IMG/VR virus record: IMGVR_UViG_3300034061_002899
Reading direction: 5' to 3' (one strand)
Origin: a virus
DNA: 64,000 bases
Numbering within the stretch: position 1 is the stretch's first letter; every line of letters starts with the position of its first letter. The notes below the pieces were generated by a model that saw only the letters and a list, made by a program, of their open reading frames with translations, ran no database searches and was not told the DNA's origin. Both the position numbers and the translations under genes were made by a program. Below, in pieces: positions 43,901-54,244 of this stretch.

Positions 43901-46900
43901 TCCAACCGATGTAATATTAGGTTGTGCGTTGGTTGTCAATGTACCTGTTAATAATGTCCCAATTACATTACCACCGGTAATGTTACCTGTAGCAGTGATT
44001 AAACCAGATGTGCCTAAGTTACCAACATTAGCATTGCCACCTACTGATAAACTTCCGGTTGTTATTAAATTAGCACCAGCTACATTACCTGACATGCTAA
44101 TAGCACTACCATTAGAAGTCATTCTGGCATTGCCTAAATAGATTGTGCTATTAGATAAGTATATGTCTTTCCAGCGTTGTGTATTAGAACCTAAATCGTA
44201 TGTAACATCTACATTAGGTAACAAAGCACTGGTTACATTGCCTGATACATTTAAGTTAACTACATTAGCAGTACCAGTACTTATGTTGCCAAATGTGCCA
44301 TTACCAGTAGCACTTACAATGCCACCTGTTACTAAATTACCAGCAGTAACATTACCAGTAGCAGTTACTAAACCACCTGTAGTTAAGTTACCACCAGTTA
44401 CATTACCTGTAGCAGTTACTAAACCGCCGGTTACTAAGTTACCACCACCAATATTACCTGTAGCAGTTATTAAACCACCTGTACCAATGTTACCAATGTT
44501 AGCATTACCAACAACGCTTAATGCATTACCAATTTGTACTACATTAGAAGTTTTATTAAATGTGAAGGCTGCACTACCACCAAAGGCGTCAGCATCATTA
44601 AATTGAATTTGTGCGTTTGAACCACCTGCTTGTTGGAAGTCAACTGGGCTACCATTAGCATAATAATAATTATTTGTTTTAATACCACCAACTGCGGCAT
44701 TACCGGTTACGTTTAAGTAACCCTGTGTATATATACCTTCTGCGCCATCTGTAGTTTCAATACCAAAGATGTTTGCTTTGCCAGTTGAATTAAATGTTAG
44801 TGCCGCATTTGAGTTATCTACTAAATCCCAAATTGTTGCAGTTTCAATAGAACCAATGTTACCTGCTTGCACATAGAAAGCATAGCTACCTATACCAGAA
44901 CCAGATGCGTTACCTAAAACACCAATGTTGTAACCACCTGAGTGTGTTTGAGTAGAGTAACCACGTACACCAACTGCGGCGCCGGTATCGGCTGAGTTTG
45001 TTACATAACCGCCACCTTGAACACCAGTTGCTTTAGTAGCACCATTTGCACGTGCTTCACCCAATACACCAATACCCCATGTGTTTGCATTACCAGAATC
45101 TGCAACAGCTTCACCAACAACACCAATATTTTCTGAGTGTGTTTGACCACTATTATCTTGTGATATGATTGCTTTAGCATTTGGGAAATCAACTTGTGCC
45201 GCGGTTGCACCAACTAACAAACCAGTCAATGTACCAACACTTGTAATATTAGATTGAGCCGCAGTTGTAACCGTACCTGCTGTTGTTGCGCTAGTTGCGG
45301 CGCCGCTTAGTGCACCAACAAATGTAGTCGCTGTAATAGAGTTATTTGATAGGTTAGCAACTAAACCAGTACTTGTTAGTTCTGATACATTACCTGTTGC
45401 CGCATTTGCAAAAATAAGGAAGTTATTTCCTGTACCGGCTGCCACACTAATAAAGTCTGCCACGTTAGCATAATCAACGTTTAAGTTTGCGACACGTGTA
45501 GTAGAAGTTACAGTCAATGGTGCTGTACCTGTTGCAATATTTGATATAAAACGAGTTGCTGTTTCTGTTCCAGATGTGTTGATATTACCAAATGTACCGT
45601 TACCAGTTACTGCTAAAGAACTTAATGTACCAACACTAGTGATGTTTGGTTGTGCCGCAGTTGTTACTGTACCCGCTGTCGTAGCACTAGTTGCCGCCCC
45701 GGTTAATGCACCGACAAACGTAGTAGATGTAACACTAGATAAGCCCGCCACAGTAGTAGTTGTACCACCCAATGTTAAAGTAGTGTTACCTAATGTTAAC
45801 GTACTGTTTGCAAGTCTTGCTTGTGCTAGTGTACCACTTGCAATACTAGATGCGTTTATTCCAGTTATTGATGACCCGTTACCTGAGAAAGAGTTAGCAC
45901 TTACTAAGTTAACTCCAGAAATCTGTGATCCAGCGCCTGACATTGTAATTTGTGCATTTGCTACAAAAGTCAATCCACTAAATGAAGTACTTACTGAAGT
46001 GATATTAGGCTGAGCCGCAGTTGTTACAGTACCCGCTGTAGTTGCACTACTTACTGTACCAGTTACGTTAGCACCTGCAATAGCACTCAATCCACTACCA
46101 TTACCCGTAAACACACCTGTATTAGCAGTGAATGCGGGGGCGGTTATAGTACCACTTGAGTTTAAACCAGTTAGCGTACCGACAGCGGTAACCTGTGTCT
46201 GACTTGCATTTACACTGAAAGTAGAACCAGTTAATGTTAAACCAGTGCCTGCTTGATAGGTTCCTGCACCTGAGAACTGCTCCCAAACTATTGGATCTGT
46301 GCCAACTGTAGTAACATCGTCAATTTGTACCCAACCAGTTGAATTATATAGAGTACCAGCCGTGACAAAAGTGAAGTCACCGCCTGCAATTTCGGCAGCA
46401 GTATCAAAGTCAGTAGCACGAGTCAACACAGTTGAGCTTGTTCTTACATAGATACCGTTATTTGCTTGAGTTGCTTCGTTCTTAACAAGAATACGCATTC
46501 CGTTTGATAGTGTGACACCATCAATAGTGGTATATGAACCAGTAGTTGTTAGTGTTGCACCTACACCAGCTGTACCATTGTTATAGGTAACTGTACCGCC
46601 TGAGATAGTTGCTAATGTAGTTTGAGTGGCTGCGTTACAAGAAGCGTGAATATGCAATCCCTGTGCAACATCGTCAACATATTGTTTTGTTGCGGCATCA
46701 GATGAGTTAGTTGGAGTAGCAAGATTGATAATGGTATTGCTAGTCATATCCAAATTGCCAGCAATACTGCTTACACCAGTACCAGTAACACTTAGTACAC
46801 CAGTTGTTGTCAAGTTGCCGGCTGCAACGTTACCAGTAACAGTAGCACTTGTTAGTGTTCCTACTGAAGTTATGTTTGGTTGCGCGGCTGTTGTTACTGT

Positions 46901-49900
46901 GCCGGCTGTAGTTGCACTTGATACTGTGCCGGTAACATTAGCACCTGCAATCGCACTTAATCCACTACCATTACCAGTGAACACACCTGTATTTGCAGTG
47001 ATGTTTACGCCGGTTATAGTGCCATTAACGCCTAAACCAGTTAGCGTACCGACTGACGTAATATTTGGCTGTGCTGCCGTATAGACAGTACCTGCTACAA
47101 GTGCATTTGCTACTTGACCAGAAACATTAGCACCTGCTACTGCGTTTGCGGTTGATGCAAATGATACGGCACCAGTTACATTAGCACCTGCGATGGCACT
47201 CAATCCTGAACCATTACCTGTAAATACACCTGTATTAGCTGTAAATGCCGAAGCAGTGACAGTACCACTTACACCCAAACTAGTTAGAGTACCGACTGAC
47301 GTAATATTTGGCTGAGCCGCAGTTGTAACAGTACCCGCAGTTGTCGCACTTGTTGCCGCTCCCGATAAAGCACCGACGAATGTTGTTGCTGTGATAGAGG
47401 CATTGCCTAAGTTAGCACTGATTCCAGTGTTAATAACAGCACTTGAGTTTCCATTAGCACTTGATGTACTGAATGTTGGATAGACTGTAGTTGCAGTTGA
47501 GGTGTTCTGTAACAGTGCAGATGCATTGGTTGCCGCAGTAGCACTTGATACAGTACCGGTTACGTTAGCACCTGCTATTGCACTCAATCCACTACCATTA
47601 CCCGTAAACACACCTGTGTTTGCAGTAAATGCAGGAGCTGTTACAGTACCGCTTACATTTAGACTTGTCAACGTACCAACAGACGTAATATTAGATTGAG
47701 CCGCAGTTGTAACCGTACCTGCAGTTGTAGCACTAGTTGCCGCACCACTTAGTGCACCAACAAATGTTGTAGCAGTAATAGAGTTATTTGATAGGTTAGC
47801 AACTAGACCAGTACTTGTTAGTTCTGCTACGTTACCTGTTGCCGCGTTTGCAAAAATTAAGAAATTGTTTCCTGTTCCGGCTACTACATTAATAGTATCA
47901 GCAACGTTAGCATACGCAACGTTTAAGTTTGAAACACGGGTAGTACTTGTTACTGTTAGTGGTGCGGTACCTGTTGCTATGTTTGAAGTTAACGTGCTTG
48001 CTACTACTGCTCCTGCTGTATTTAGATTACCGGCGGATGCATTGCCAGTTACCGCTAATGATGATAATGTGCCAACACTTGTTATGTTTGGTTGAGCATT
48101 AGTATAAACTGTACCTGCTACAAGAGCGTTGCCAACTTGACCTGACACGTTAGCACCTGCTACTGCATTAGCGGTTGTTGCAAATGCTACTGCACCAGTA
48201 ACATTGGCGCCTGTGATTGAACTTAATGATGAACCGTTACCTGATACATTAGTGAATACACCATTCGTTGCACCAATATTGCCAACGTTAGCGTTACCAG
48301 TAGCATTCAATGTACCAGCTACGTTAACGCCAGTACCAGTGACTATTGCAATATTTGCATTACCTGCACTACTGATGTTGACGTTACCGTTTGCGGCAGG
48401 AATACTTACGTTTGAGTTACCGTTTGAAAGAGATGTGCCAATTGGGATATTAGTTAGTAAACTACCATCACCAATGAAGAAATTAGCCCTTGCGGCATTA
48501 CCTAAGTTAGCGTTACCCGAAGATAGATTACCAGTTACCGCTAATGAACTTAACGTACCAACTGATGTGATATTGGGTTGTGCATTAGTTGTTACTGTAC
48601 CGGCTGTCGTTGCCGCACCACTTAATGCACCTGTGAATGTTGTTGCTGATACGTTACCGGCACTAATATTACCAGTTACACCCAAACTAGTTAGTGTACC
48701 AACTGATGTGATGTTTGGTTGAGCCGCAGTTGTTACTGTACCGGCTGTCGTTGCCGCACCACTTAATGCACCTGTGAATGTTGTTGCTGATACGTTACCG
48801 GCACTAATATTACCAGTTACCGCTAATGAACTTAACGTACCAACTGATGTGATGTTTGGTTGAGCCGCAGTTGTTACTGTACCGGCAGTTGTTGCACTTG
48901 TGGCTGCACCAGATAGGGCACCAACAAATGTTGTTGCGGTAATAGAGTTGTTAGATAAGTTGGCAGTGAGACCTGTACTAGTTATTTCTGCTACATTACC
49001 TGTTGCCGCATTTGCAAAAATAAGGAAGTTATTTCCTGTGCCGGCTGCTACATTAATATTATCTGCAACGTTTGCATATGCAACATTCAAGTTACTAACA
49101 CGTGTTGTACTTGTTACTGTTAACGGTGCAGTACCTGTTGCTACATTACTTGTTAATGTACTTCCTACTACTGCTCCGGCAGTATTTAAGTTTCCTGCAC
49201 TTGCATTACCTGTTACGGCCAATGATGTTAGTGTACCAACGCTTGTTAAACTAGAGTTAACGACTGTTGATTTTAATGTTGTGCCAGATAAATTTGCGGC
49301 GTTAGCTGTAATTGCAACGTTAGCTGCCGCTGTAAGTTGACCTTGACCGTTAACTGTAAATGATCCTACGCTGTCTCCATTGCCATAACTACCTGCTGTC
49401 ACAGCAGTATTAGTAATACTAAACTGTGATCCTGTTAATGTTAATCCTGTACCAGCAGTAAATGTTCCAGCCCCACTGAACTGTACCCAAACAACTGGAC
49501 TTGTACCAACTGTTGTTACTGGGTCGGGCATTACCCAACCTGTGTTGTCATACAATGTACCTGCTGTAACAAAGGTAAAGTCGCCACCTGCCATTTCTGT
49601 TGGAGTGTCAAAATCAGTTGAACGAGTCAATACCGTTGAACTTGTTCTGTCATAGATACCATTATGTGCCGTATTTGCTTCGTTCTTAACAAGAATACGC
49701 ATACCGTTTGACAATGTAACACCGTCAATAGTTGTGTATGATCCTGTTGTTGTTAGTGTAGCCCCTACTCCCGATGTACCGTTATTATATGTAATTGTAC
49801 CACCTGATGCCACTGCTAGAGTAGTTGAAGTGGCTGCATTACAACTATCATGTGTATGTAGTCCTTGAGCAACGTCATCAACGTATTGTTTCGTTGCCGC

Positions 49901-52117
49901 ATCAGTGCTTGCTACCGGAGTAGCAACATTAGAAATTATAAAGTTACCAACGTTAACTTTACCAGTTCCTGTTGGAACTAAGTTGATATTTTGATTTGTG
50001 CCGGTAGCAGTAATTGTTACACCACTAGTTCTACCAACAATTAAATCTGTAACAACGTTTGCACTAGTTTGAATATTACCTGATGCAGTAACACTAGATA
50101 GTGTACCTACACTTGTGATGTTTGGCTGTGCGGCTGTTGTTAATGTACCAGCAACAAAGTTTGCTGTTAGTAAATTACCTGCATTAACGTTTCCTGCACT
50201 TGCGTTCCCTGTTACAGCTAATGAACTTAATGTGCCAACACTTGTTATGTTTGGTTGTGAGGCTGTTGTAAGTGTGCCAGTTAATAAACTAGCACCAATT
50301 GTACCTGAGTTAGCATAAACATTACCTGCAGTTGTATTACCCGTTACTGCTACAGAAGTTAAAGTTCCAACACTAGTAACGTTTGGCTGTGATCCTGTAG
50401 TTAAACTACCTGCAACAGTTGTAAACACACCTGCGGCTGCTCCAATATTTCCAACGTTCGCATTACCAGTTACGCTTAATGCTCCAGCAGTAGTTAAGTT
50501 GCCACCAGTTACATTACCTGTTGCTACTACTGCACCAGCCGTTGTTAAGTTGCCACCAGTTACGTTACCAGTTGCAACGATTAAACCTGCAGTACCTAAG
50601 TTACCAACATTAGCATTACCTGTTGCATTTAATGTACCTGATATATTTGCACCAGTGTTTGTAACTACTAATTCAACAGTGCTGCCGGCTGCTTGAATTG
50701 AAACGTTGCCGTTAGCAGTGATTGCGATATTGCTATTACCGTTCTGTAACAATCCACTATTGATAGTTGTGATGTTACCAGTAGTTGCGATTAGAGTAGT
50801 TGTACCTAAGTTACCTGTATTTGCATTGCCAGTTACGCTCAATGCGCCGGCAGTAGTTAAGTTGCCGCCAGTTACATTACCTGTTGCTACTACTGCACCA
50901 GCCGTTGTTAAGTTACCACCTGACACATTACCTGTTGCTGTGATAAGACCGGCTGTTCCTAAATTACCAACGTTAGCGTTGCCTGTTACTGATAACACAC
51001 CACCAGTTGATATGTTACCTGCTGAAGCATTACCTGTCACCGTTAATGAGGTTAGTGAACCAACACTTGTAATATTAGGTTGTGCGGCTGTTGTAACAGT
51101 ACCTGCTGTTGTGGCTGCACCACTTAATGTCGCTGTGATGATGTTTGCGCTAAAACTTCCGTCAGTATCACGAATTACTACTGTATTTCCTGTTGCCGCT
51201 GTTGCTGTGCTATAGCCATCAAGTAAGTCAGCGTTTAAGTTTGTTACTTTGGTCGTTGATGCAACTACAAATGGTGCAGTGCCTGTTGTTACGTTTGATT
51301 CTAATGTTGAAGCAACTACTTTACCTGCTGTATTAAAATTACCTGCGCTGACATTACCTGTAACAGTTAAATCAACAAGAGTACCAACACTAGTAATATT
51401 TGGTTGTGATGCATCTGTTACTTCTGCGGCAAAAGCGGCAAAGTTAGCATTTGAAATATTACCACTAATGTTACCAGTAATGTTACCACCAGGAATGTTA
51501 GTTAATCCAGCACCGTTACCATAAAATGCTCCGGTGTTTGCAATGACATTTGATGCAGTAAGATTGCCATTGACACCTAATGTTGATAATGTACCAACAC
51601 TTGTAATATTTGGTTGTGCATTAGTAATTAGAGAACCAGCTAAAGTTGTTGCTACAATACCAGTAGCACCCAAGTTACCTACATTAGCGTTTCCAGTAGC
51701 ATTCAGTGTACCGGTGATATTTGCTCCGGTAGATGTTACTACCAATACGTTAGCTACACCTGCTACACTTGTTGTTATATTACCACTTACACCAACAATA
51801 TCAACATTACTTGTTCCGTTTGCAATACTAGAAACTGCAATATCTCCAGCAATCAATGTTCCAGTGACCGTTAGATTTGCAACTGTCATTAAATCTGTTG
51901 TTTTGTCAAACGTTAAGTTAGCATCCTGTCCCAACGAGCCAGCATCATTGAAAAATACACTTCCATTTCCAGTAGCGGTGAACGTAGGTATTGAGGTGGT
52001 GTTGCCAGCACTGTCTTTAATTGTTAGTTGATCGGATCCATTAAGGAATACTGTACCTTTTCCAGCAGGCGGTGTTGGTACTGAGTTAGCGTTTTCTTGT
52101 TTTAAAATTAATGACAT
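40973..52117 (-). CDS. giant repetitive tail fibre-like protein (3714 aa)
   Basis: Many TTAAQPNITSVGTL units; three DAATKQYVDD...RILVKNE..NGIY domains; C-terminal YADLAE...GRVPAKV domain. Confidence 0.8.
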   Translation of the reverse strand: MSLILKQENANSVPTPPAGKGTVFLNGSDQLTIKDSAGNTTSIPTFTATGNGSVFFNDAGSLGQDANLTFDKTTDLMTVANLTVTGTLIAGDIAVSSIANGTSNVDIVGVSGNITTSVAGVANVLVVTSTGANITGTLNATGNANVGNLGATGIVATTLAGSLITNAQPNITSVGTLSTLGVNGNLTASNVIANTGAFYGNGAGLTNIPGGNITGNISGNISNANFAAFAAEVTDASQPNITSVGTLVDLTVTGNVSAGNFNTAGKVVASTLESNVTTGTAPFVVASTTKVTNLNADLLDGYSTATAATGNTVVIRDTDGSFSANIITATLSGAATTAGTVTTAAQPNITSVGSLTSLTVTGNASAGNISTGGVLSVTGNANVGNLGTAGLITATGNVSGGNLTTAGAVVATGNVTGGNLTTAGALSVTGNANTGNLGTTTLIATTGNITTINSGLLQNGNSNIAITANGNVSIQAAGSTVELVVTNTGANISGTLNATGNANVGNLGTAGLIVATGNVTGGNLTTAGAVVATGNVTGGNLTTAGALSVTGNANVGNIGAAAGVFTTVAGSLTTGSQPNVTSVGTLTSVAVTGNTTAGNVYANSGTIGASLLTGTLTTASQPNITSVGTLSSLAVTGNASAGNVNAGNLLTANFVAGTLTTAAQPNITSVGTLSSVTASGNIQTSANVVTDLIVGRTSGVTITATGTNQNINLVPTGTGKVNVGNFIISNVATPVASTDAATKQYVDDVAQGLHTHDSCNAATSTTLAVASGGTITYNNGTSGVGATLTTTGSYTTIDGVTLSNGMRILVKNEANTAHNGIYDRTSSTVLTRSTDFDTPTEMAGGDFTFVTAGTLYDNTGWVMPDPVTTVGTSPVVWVQFSGAGTFTAGTGLTLTGSQFSITNTAVTAGSYGNGDSVGSFTVNGQGQLTAAANVAITANAANLSGTTLKSTVVNSSLTSVGTLTSLAVTGNASAGNLNTAGAVVGSTLTSNVATGTAPLTVTSTTRVSNLNVAYANVADNINVAAGTGNNFLIFANAATGNVAEITSTGLTANLSNNSITATTFVGALSGAATSATTAGTVTTAAQPNITSVGTLSSLAVTGNISAGNVSATTFTGALSGAATTAGTVTTAAQPNITSVGTLTSLGVTGNISAGNVSATTFTGALSGAATTAGTVTTNAQPNITSVGTLSSLAVTGNLSSGNANLGNAARANFFIGDGSLLTNIPIGTSLSNGNSNVSIPAANGNVNISSAGNANIAIVTGTGVNVAGTLNATGNANVGNIGATNGVFTNVSGNGSSLSSITGANVTGAVAFATTANAVAGANVSGQVGNALVAGTVYTNAQPNITSVGTLSSLAVTGNASAGNLNTAGAVVASTLTSNIATGTAPLTVTSTTRVSNLNVAYANVADTINVVAGTGNNFLIFANAATGNVAELTSTGLVANLSNNSITATTFVGALSGAATSATTAGTVTTAAQSNITSVGTLTSLNVSGTVTAPAFTANTGVFTGNGSGLSAIAGANVTGTVSSATAATNASALLQNTSTATTVYPTFSTSSANGNSSAVINTGISANLGNASITATTFVGALSGAATSATTAGTVTTAAQPNITSVGTLTSLGVSGTVTASAFTANTGVFTGNGSGLSAIAGANVTGAVSFASTANAVAGANVSGQVANALVAGTVYTAAQPNITSVGTLTGLGVNGTITGVNITANTGVFTGNGSGLSAIAGANVTGTVSSATTAGTVTTAAQPNITSVGTLTSATVTGNVAAGNLTTTGVLSVTGTGVSSIAGNLDMTSNTIINLATPTNSSDAATKQYVDDVAQGLHIHASCNAATQTTLATISGGTVTYNNGTAGVGATLTTTGSYTTIDGVTLSNGMRILVKNEATQANNGIYVRTSSTVLTRATDFDTAAEIAGGDFTFVTAGTLYNSTGWVQIDDVTTVGTDPIVWEQFSGAGTYQAGTGLTLTGSTFSVNASQTQVTAVGTLTGLNSSGTITAPAFTANTGVFTGNGSGLSAIAGANVTGTVSSATTAGTVTTAAQPNITSVSTSFSGLTFVANAQITMSGAGSQISGVNLVSANSFSGNGSSITGINASSIASGTLAQARLANSTLTLGNTTLTLGGTTTTVAGLSSVTSTTFVGALTGAATSATTAGTVTTAAQPNITSVGTLSSLAVTGNGTFGNINTSGTETATRFISNIATGTAPLTVTSTTRVANLNVDYANVADFISVAAGTGNNFLIFANAATGNVSELTSTGLVANLSNNSITATTFVGALSGAATSATTAGTVTTAAQSNITSVGTLTGLLVGATAAQVDFPNAKAIISQDNSGQTHSENIGVVGEAVADSGNANTWGIGVLGEARANGATKATGVQGGGYVTNSADTGAAVGVRGYSTQTHSGGYNIGVLGNASGSGIGSYAFYVQAGNIGSIETATIWDLVDNSNAALTFNSTGKANIFGIETTDGAEGIYTQGYLNVTGNAAVGGIKTNNYYYANGSPVDFQQAGGSNAQIQFNDADAFGGSAAFTFNKTSNVVQIGNALSVVGNANIGNIGTGGLITATGNIGGGNLVTGGLVTATGNVTGGNLTTGGLVTATGNVTAGNLVTGGIVSATGNGTFGNISTGTANVVNLNVSGNVTSALLPNVDVTYDLGSNTQRWKDIYLSNSTIYLGNARMTSNGSAISMSGNVAGANLITTGSLSVGGNANVGNLGTSGLITATGNITGGNVIGTLLTGTLTTNAQPNITSVGTLTSVSVSGNANIGNIGTGGLIAATGNITGGNLITGGVISATGNANVGNIGATGVFATTLSSSGNANVGNLGTAGLITATGNLNAGNVITAGIVSATGNGTFGNVSATTFTGALSGAATTAGTVTTAAQPNITSVGTLTSVSVSGNANVGNIGAAAGIFTTVAGSLTTAAQPNITSVGTLTSVSVSGNANVGNLGTGGLITATGNITGGNLTTGGLVSATGNIVTNANLVTDLIVGRTTGVSITATGTNQNINLTPTGTGKVNVGNFIISNVGTPIASTDAATKQYVDDIAQGLHVHASCNAATQTTLASISGGTVTYNNGTAGVGATLTTTGSYTTIDGVTLTNGMRILVKNEATAANNGIYVRTSSTVLTRATDFDTGAEIQGGDFTFVTAGTLYNSTGWVQTDEVTTIGTDPIEWVQFSGAGEYTAGTGLTLTGGAFSITNTAVSAGSYGNGDAVASFTVNGQGQLTAAANVAITANAANLSGTTLKSTVVTSSLTSVGTLGSLAVTGNISAGNVSATTFTGALSGAATTAGTVTTAAQPNITSVGTLTSLAVTGNISAGNVSATTFTGALSGAATSATTAGTVTTAAQPNITSVGTLTSLAVTGNISAGNVSATTFTGALSGAATSATTAGTVTTAAQPNITSVGTLTGLGVNGTVTASAFTANTGVFTGNGSSLTALNASNISSGTLAQARLANSSLTVNGTAISLGGSGTITATATNALTIGTGLGGTSYNGSSAVTITNTGVTSIVAGTNIAVSGATGGVTVSVTGTVASATTAGTVTTAAQPNITSVGTLTGLTLSGTLTGAVQIGTGTATHFGTTLTTGANTTAGTVTGNWTLSAGSRLNATYADLAEKYTADADYEPGTVLVFGGEHEVTLSTETDSFRVAGVVTTNPAYTMNNGCEGEHVATIALQGRVPAKVIGPIFKGDLLVSTGNGYATANNIARAGTIIGKSLENFTGASGIVEVAVGRF
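48587..48820. repeat. recent tandem duplication within fibre gene (141-nt period)
   Basis: An identical ~93-nt block starts at 48587 and at 48728. Confidence 0.8.
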
Positions 52118-52154
52118 AAATTATCCTATTATATGTATTTATCTTTTTTTGAAT

Positions 52155-52616
52155 TCATAATTCTATAAGTATCCCATCAACTTCCAATGCACCATCAATT
52201 GTAATGGGTATAGTAAAAAGTCCTTGAAAGTTATTTGATACTGTATACGACTCTCCTACGGGAATAAAGTACGGCATAGGTGCCGCTAAATTACTAGTTG
52301 CAGATACCGAAGTGAAGGCTAAGTTTCCCAATCCATCAGTAGTTACTACTTGTCCATTAGAACCGCCGGTAATCTTTACATTGCCAACATTGCCAAGATT
52401 ACTTATACCATTAACTGTTAGTGAACTCAGAGTAAGAGCATTACTCCAAACTCTGCTATTGCTTGTGCTTATTGTCAATACTGAGTTATTTGCGCCCGCG
52501 CCAAGACTTGGTTCTGCTTCACTAAGTCCTAAGAACAGATGGCGGTCATTAGTCAGACTACTATATGGAGTAACCGGAACTCGACCACTTAACAGCTTTG
52601 CATTATTAATTGCCAT
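52155..52616 (-). CDS. virion structural/fibre-associated protein
   Basis: LLSGRV...LGLSEAEPSLG; GGSNGQVVTTDGLGNLAF motif shared with the fibre genes. Confidence 0.6.
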   Translation of the reverse strand: MAINNAKLLSGRVPVTPYSSLTNDRHLFLGLSEAEPSLGAGANNSVLTISTSNSRVWSNALTLSSLTVNGISNLGNVGNVKITGGSNGQVVTTDGLGNLAFTSVSATSNLAAPMPYFIPVGESYTVSNNFQGLFTIPITIDGALEVDGILIEL

Positions 52617-52619
52617 ATT

Positions 52620-52958
52620 TTATGATCCAGTAACCAATGTTTCTAAATAACTCAACACCAATTGTGAGCTGTTATTAGCACTACTTGTAAATTGCAATGT
52701 ATCTCCAAAGTTTAAAATTAAGCGTCCGGTTAGTACTGTGATAGCGTCATTGACCGGAACACTAGCTAGATTAATAAGAGATGTATAATTGTTTGAACGA
52801 TTAACTCCAGCTGATATTTGTACAGTACTGTTACCAGTATTACTAACTTGGGCCATCAAAACAACCGTAGAATAACCTACAGGTGGTGTATACACATTGG
52901 CTGTAGTCGTTGTCAAATTTTCTAATGTCGTTTTAAAATTATTTAATGCGGCTGGCAT
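52620..52958 (-). CDS. virion structural protein
   Basis: VYTPPVGYSTVVLMAQVSN...LSYLET; in the fibre operon. Confidence 0.55.
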   Translation of the reverse strand: MPAALNNFKTTLENLTTTTANVYTPPVGYSTVVLMAQVSNTGNSTVQISAGVNRSNNYTSLINLASVPVNDAITVLTGRLILNFGDTLQFTSSANNSSQLVLSYLETLVTGS

Positions 52959-52983
52959 AATCTTCCTTTATTCTTTATTATAT

Positions 52984-54234
52984 TTAATCGCTACCCAACG
53001 CCAATATAAATGGTGTCATTTGAGCAAATAAACTTACATAAAAATCGGTACCTGTAATAGTACCAGTAGCTTGACTGATTGTAAATCCATCACCTACTTT
53101 AAAATTTCCTTTTTGATCTGTACTTGTAAATGTTATGACTGCTCCATTGGTAGCGATAACTTCATTTGCTTCGATAGGTATACCACCATATTGTGGTAAT
53201 GCTGTTGCAGGATTAGTTCCAGCTCCTACATATTCAAATGTATGAGCACTTGCTATGATTGAGCTTCTTACAAAAAATTCAATATTTGTACCAGGTGCCG
53301 GAGTCCCGTTATAAATTTGTTGTATTACTACTGTTGATTTTCCAGCACTTGGTTGATTAGGTAAAATAGTATCAATGGTATAATAAGTTGGATCCCCATC
53401 AACAAGCATAACAGTATTTACATGTGGTTGACCATTAGTCAAAGTATTAAGCACAAATGTTCCAAACTGTTCTGATTCTAATGTTCCAGATGTTTGCAAC
53501 GGTCCAACACCGTCAGCAATTAAACCATAGTTACCAATAGAACAATCGCTACCATTTAATGTACAGAATCCACCGGATTCTACTTCAATACCAATATCAC
53601 ATGCAATAGTGTAAATGTTAACTAACTGACTGTAGCCTGAATTTACAATATGTATACCTTTACCACCGCGATTGATAATAGTAAAGAATCCTACAATCAT
53701 TGCCTTAGTGCTTATACTACTGACATTGTTACCATCAATATAAACAGCAGTACCAGTCGTAGTACTTGATGTTAAATTCTGTATGTATGGGCTTACAAAT
53801 ACATTCTGTGACGGTGTCGATGGGTCATAGCTAAATCCATTAGCTGTATAATCTTTAATTGTGATACCCCAAACATAAGAACCGTTTTTTACATAAAATA
53901 AATCAGATGATGGAGTTTGTGGTATTACAAATACACTTCTTAAATTGTCACCCATCAATGATACATTAGCAGGAATAGTAACAGGATTTGCTTCAGTATA
54001 AGTGCCCGGAGCAACATGAACTGCAATGTTTCCAGCCGCTGCCGCAGTCAGTGCGGCTTTGATAGTTAAGAACGGGCTATTAATACTACCGTTATTACTA
54101 TCATTACCGTTTTTACCAACGTAGATAATGTTTTGTGATGTATCTAATAGATTGCCGTCGGCATCAAATACAACTTTGTTGGTACCATTACCTACGCTAT
54201 AACCAGCTTCTGAATTAAAAGGTCTTATTGCCAT
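52984..54234 (-). CDS. fibre/spike protein with beta-helix-like domain
   Basis: YVGKNGNDSNNGS..PFLTIKAA...VAPGTYTE...GDNLR. Confidence 0.65.
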   Translation of the reverse strand: MAIRPFNSEAGYSVGNGTNKVVFDADGNLLDTSQNIIYVGKNGNDSNNGSINSPFLTIKAALTAAAAGNIAVHVAPGTYTEANPVTIPANVSLMGDNLRSVFVIPQTPSSDLFYVKNGSYVWGITIKDYTANGFSYDPSTPSQNVFVSPYIQNLTSSTTTGTAVYIDGNNVSSISTKAMIVGFFTIINRGGKGIHIVNSGYSQLVNIYTIACDIGIEVESGGFCTLNGSDCSIGNYGLIADGVGPLQTSGTLESEQFGTFVLNTLTNGQPHVNTVMLVDGDPTYYTIDTILPNQPSAGKSTVVIQQIYNGTPAPGTNIEFFVRSSIIASAHTFEYVGAGTNPATALPQYGGIPIEANEVIATNGAVITFTSTDQKGNFKVGDGFTISQATGTITGTDFYVSLFAQMTPFILALGSD

Positions 54235-54244
54235 TTGTTACCTC

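Noticed and set aside
40973-52117. Diversity-generating retroelement acting on the fibre
   Set aside because: No reverse transcriptase in the window, and repeat differences are not adenine-specific.
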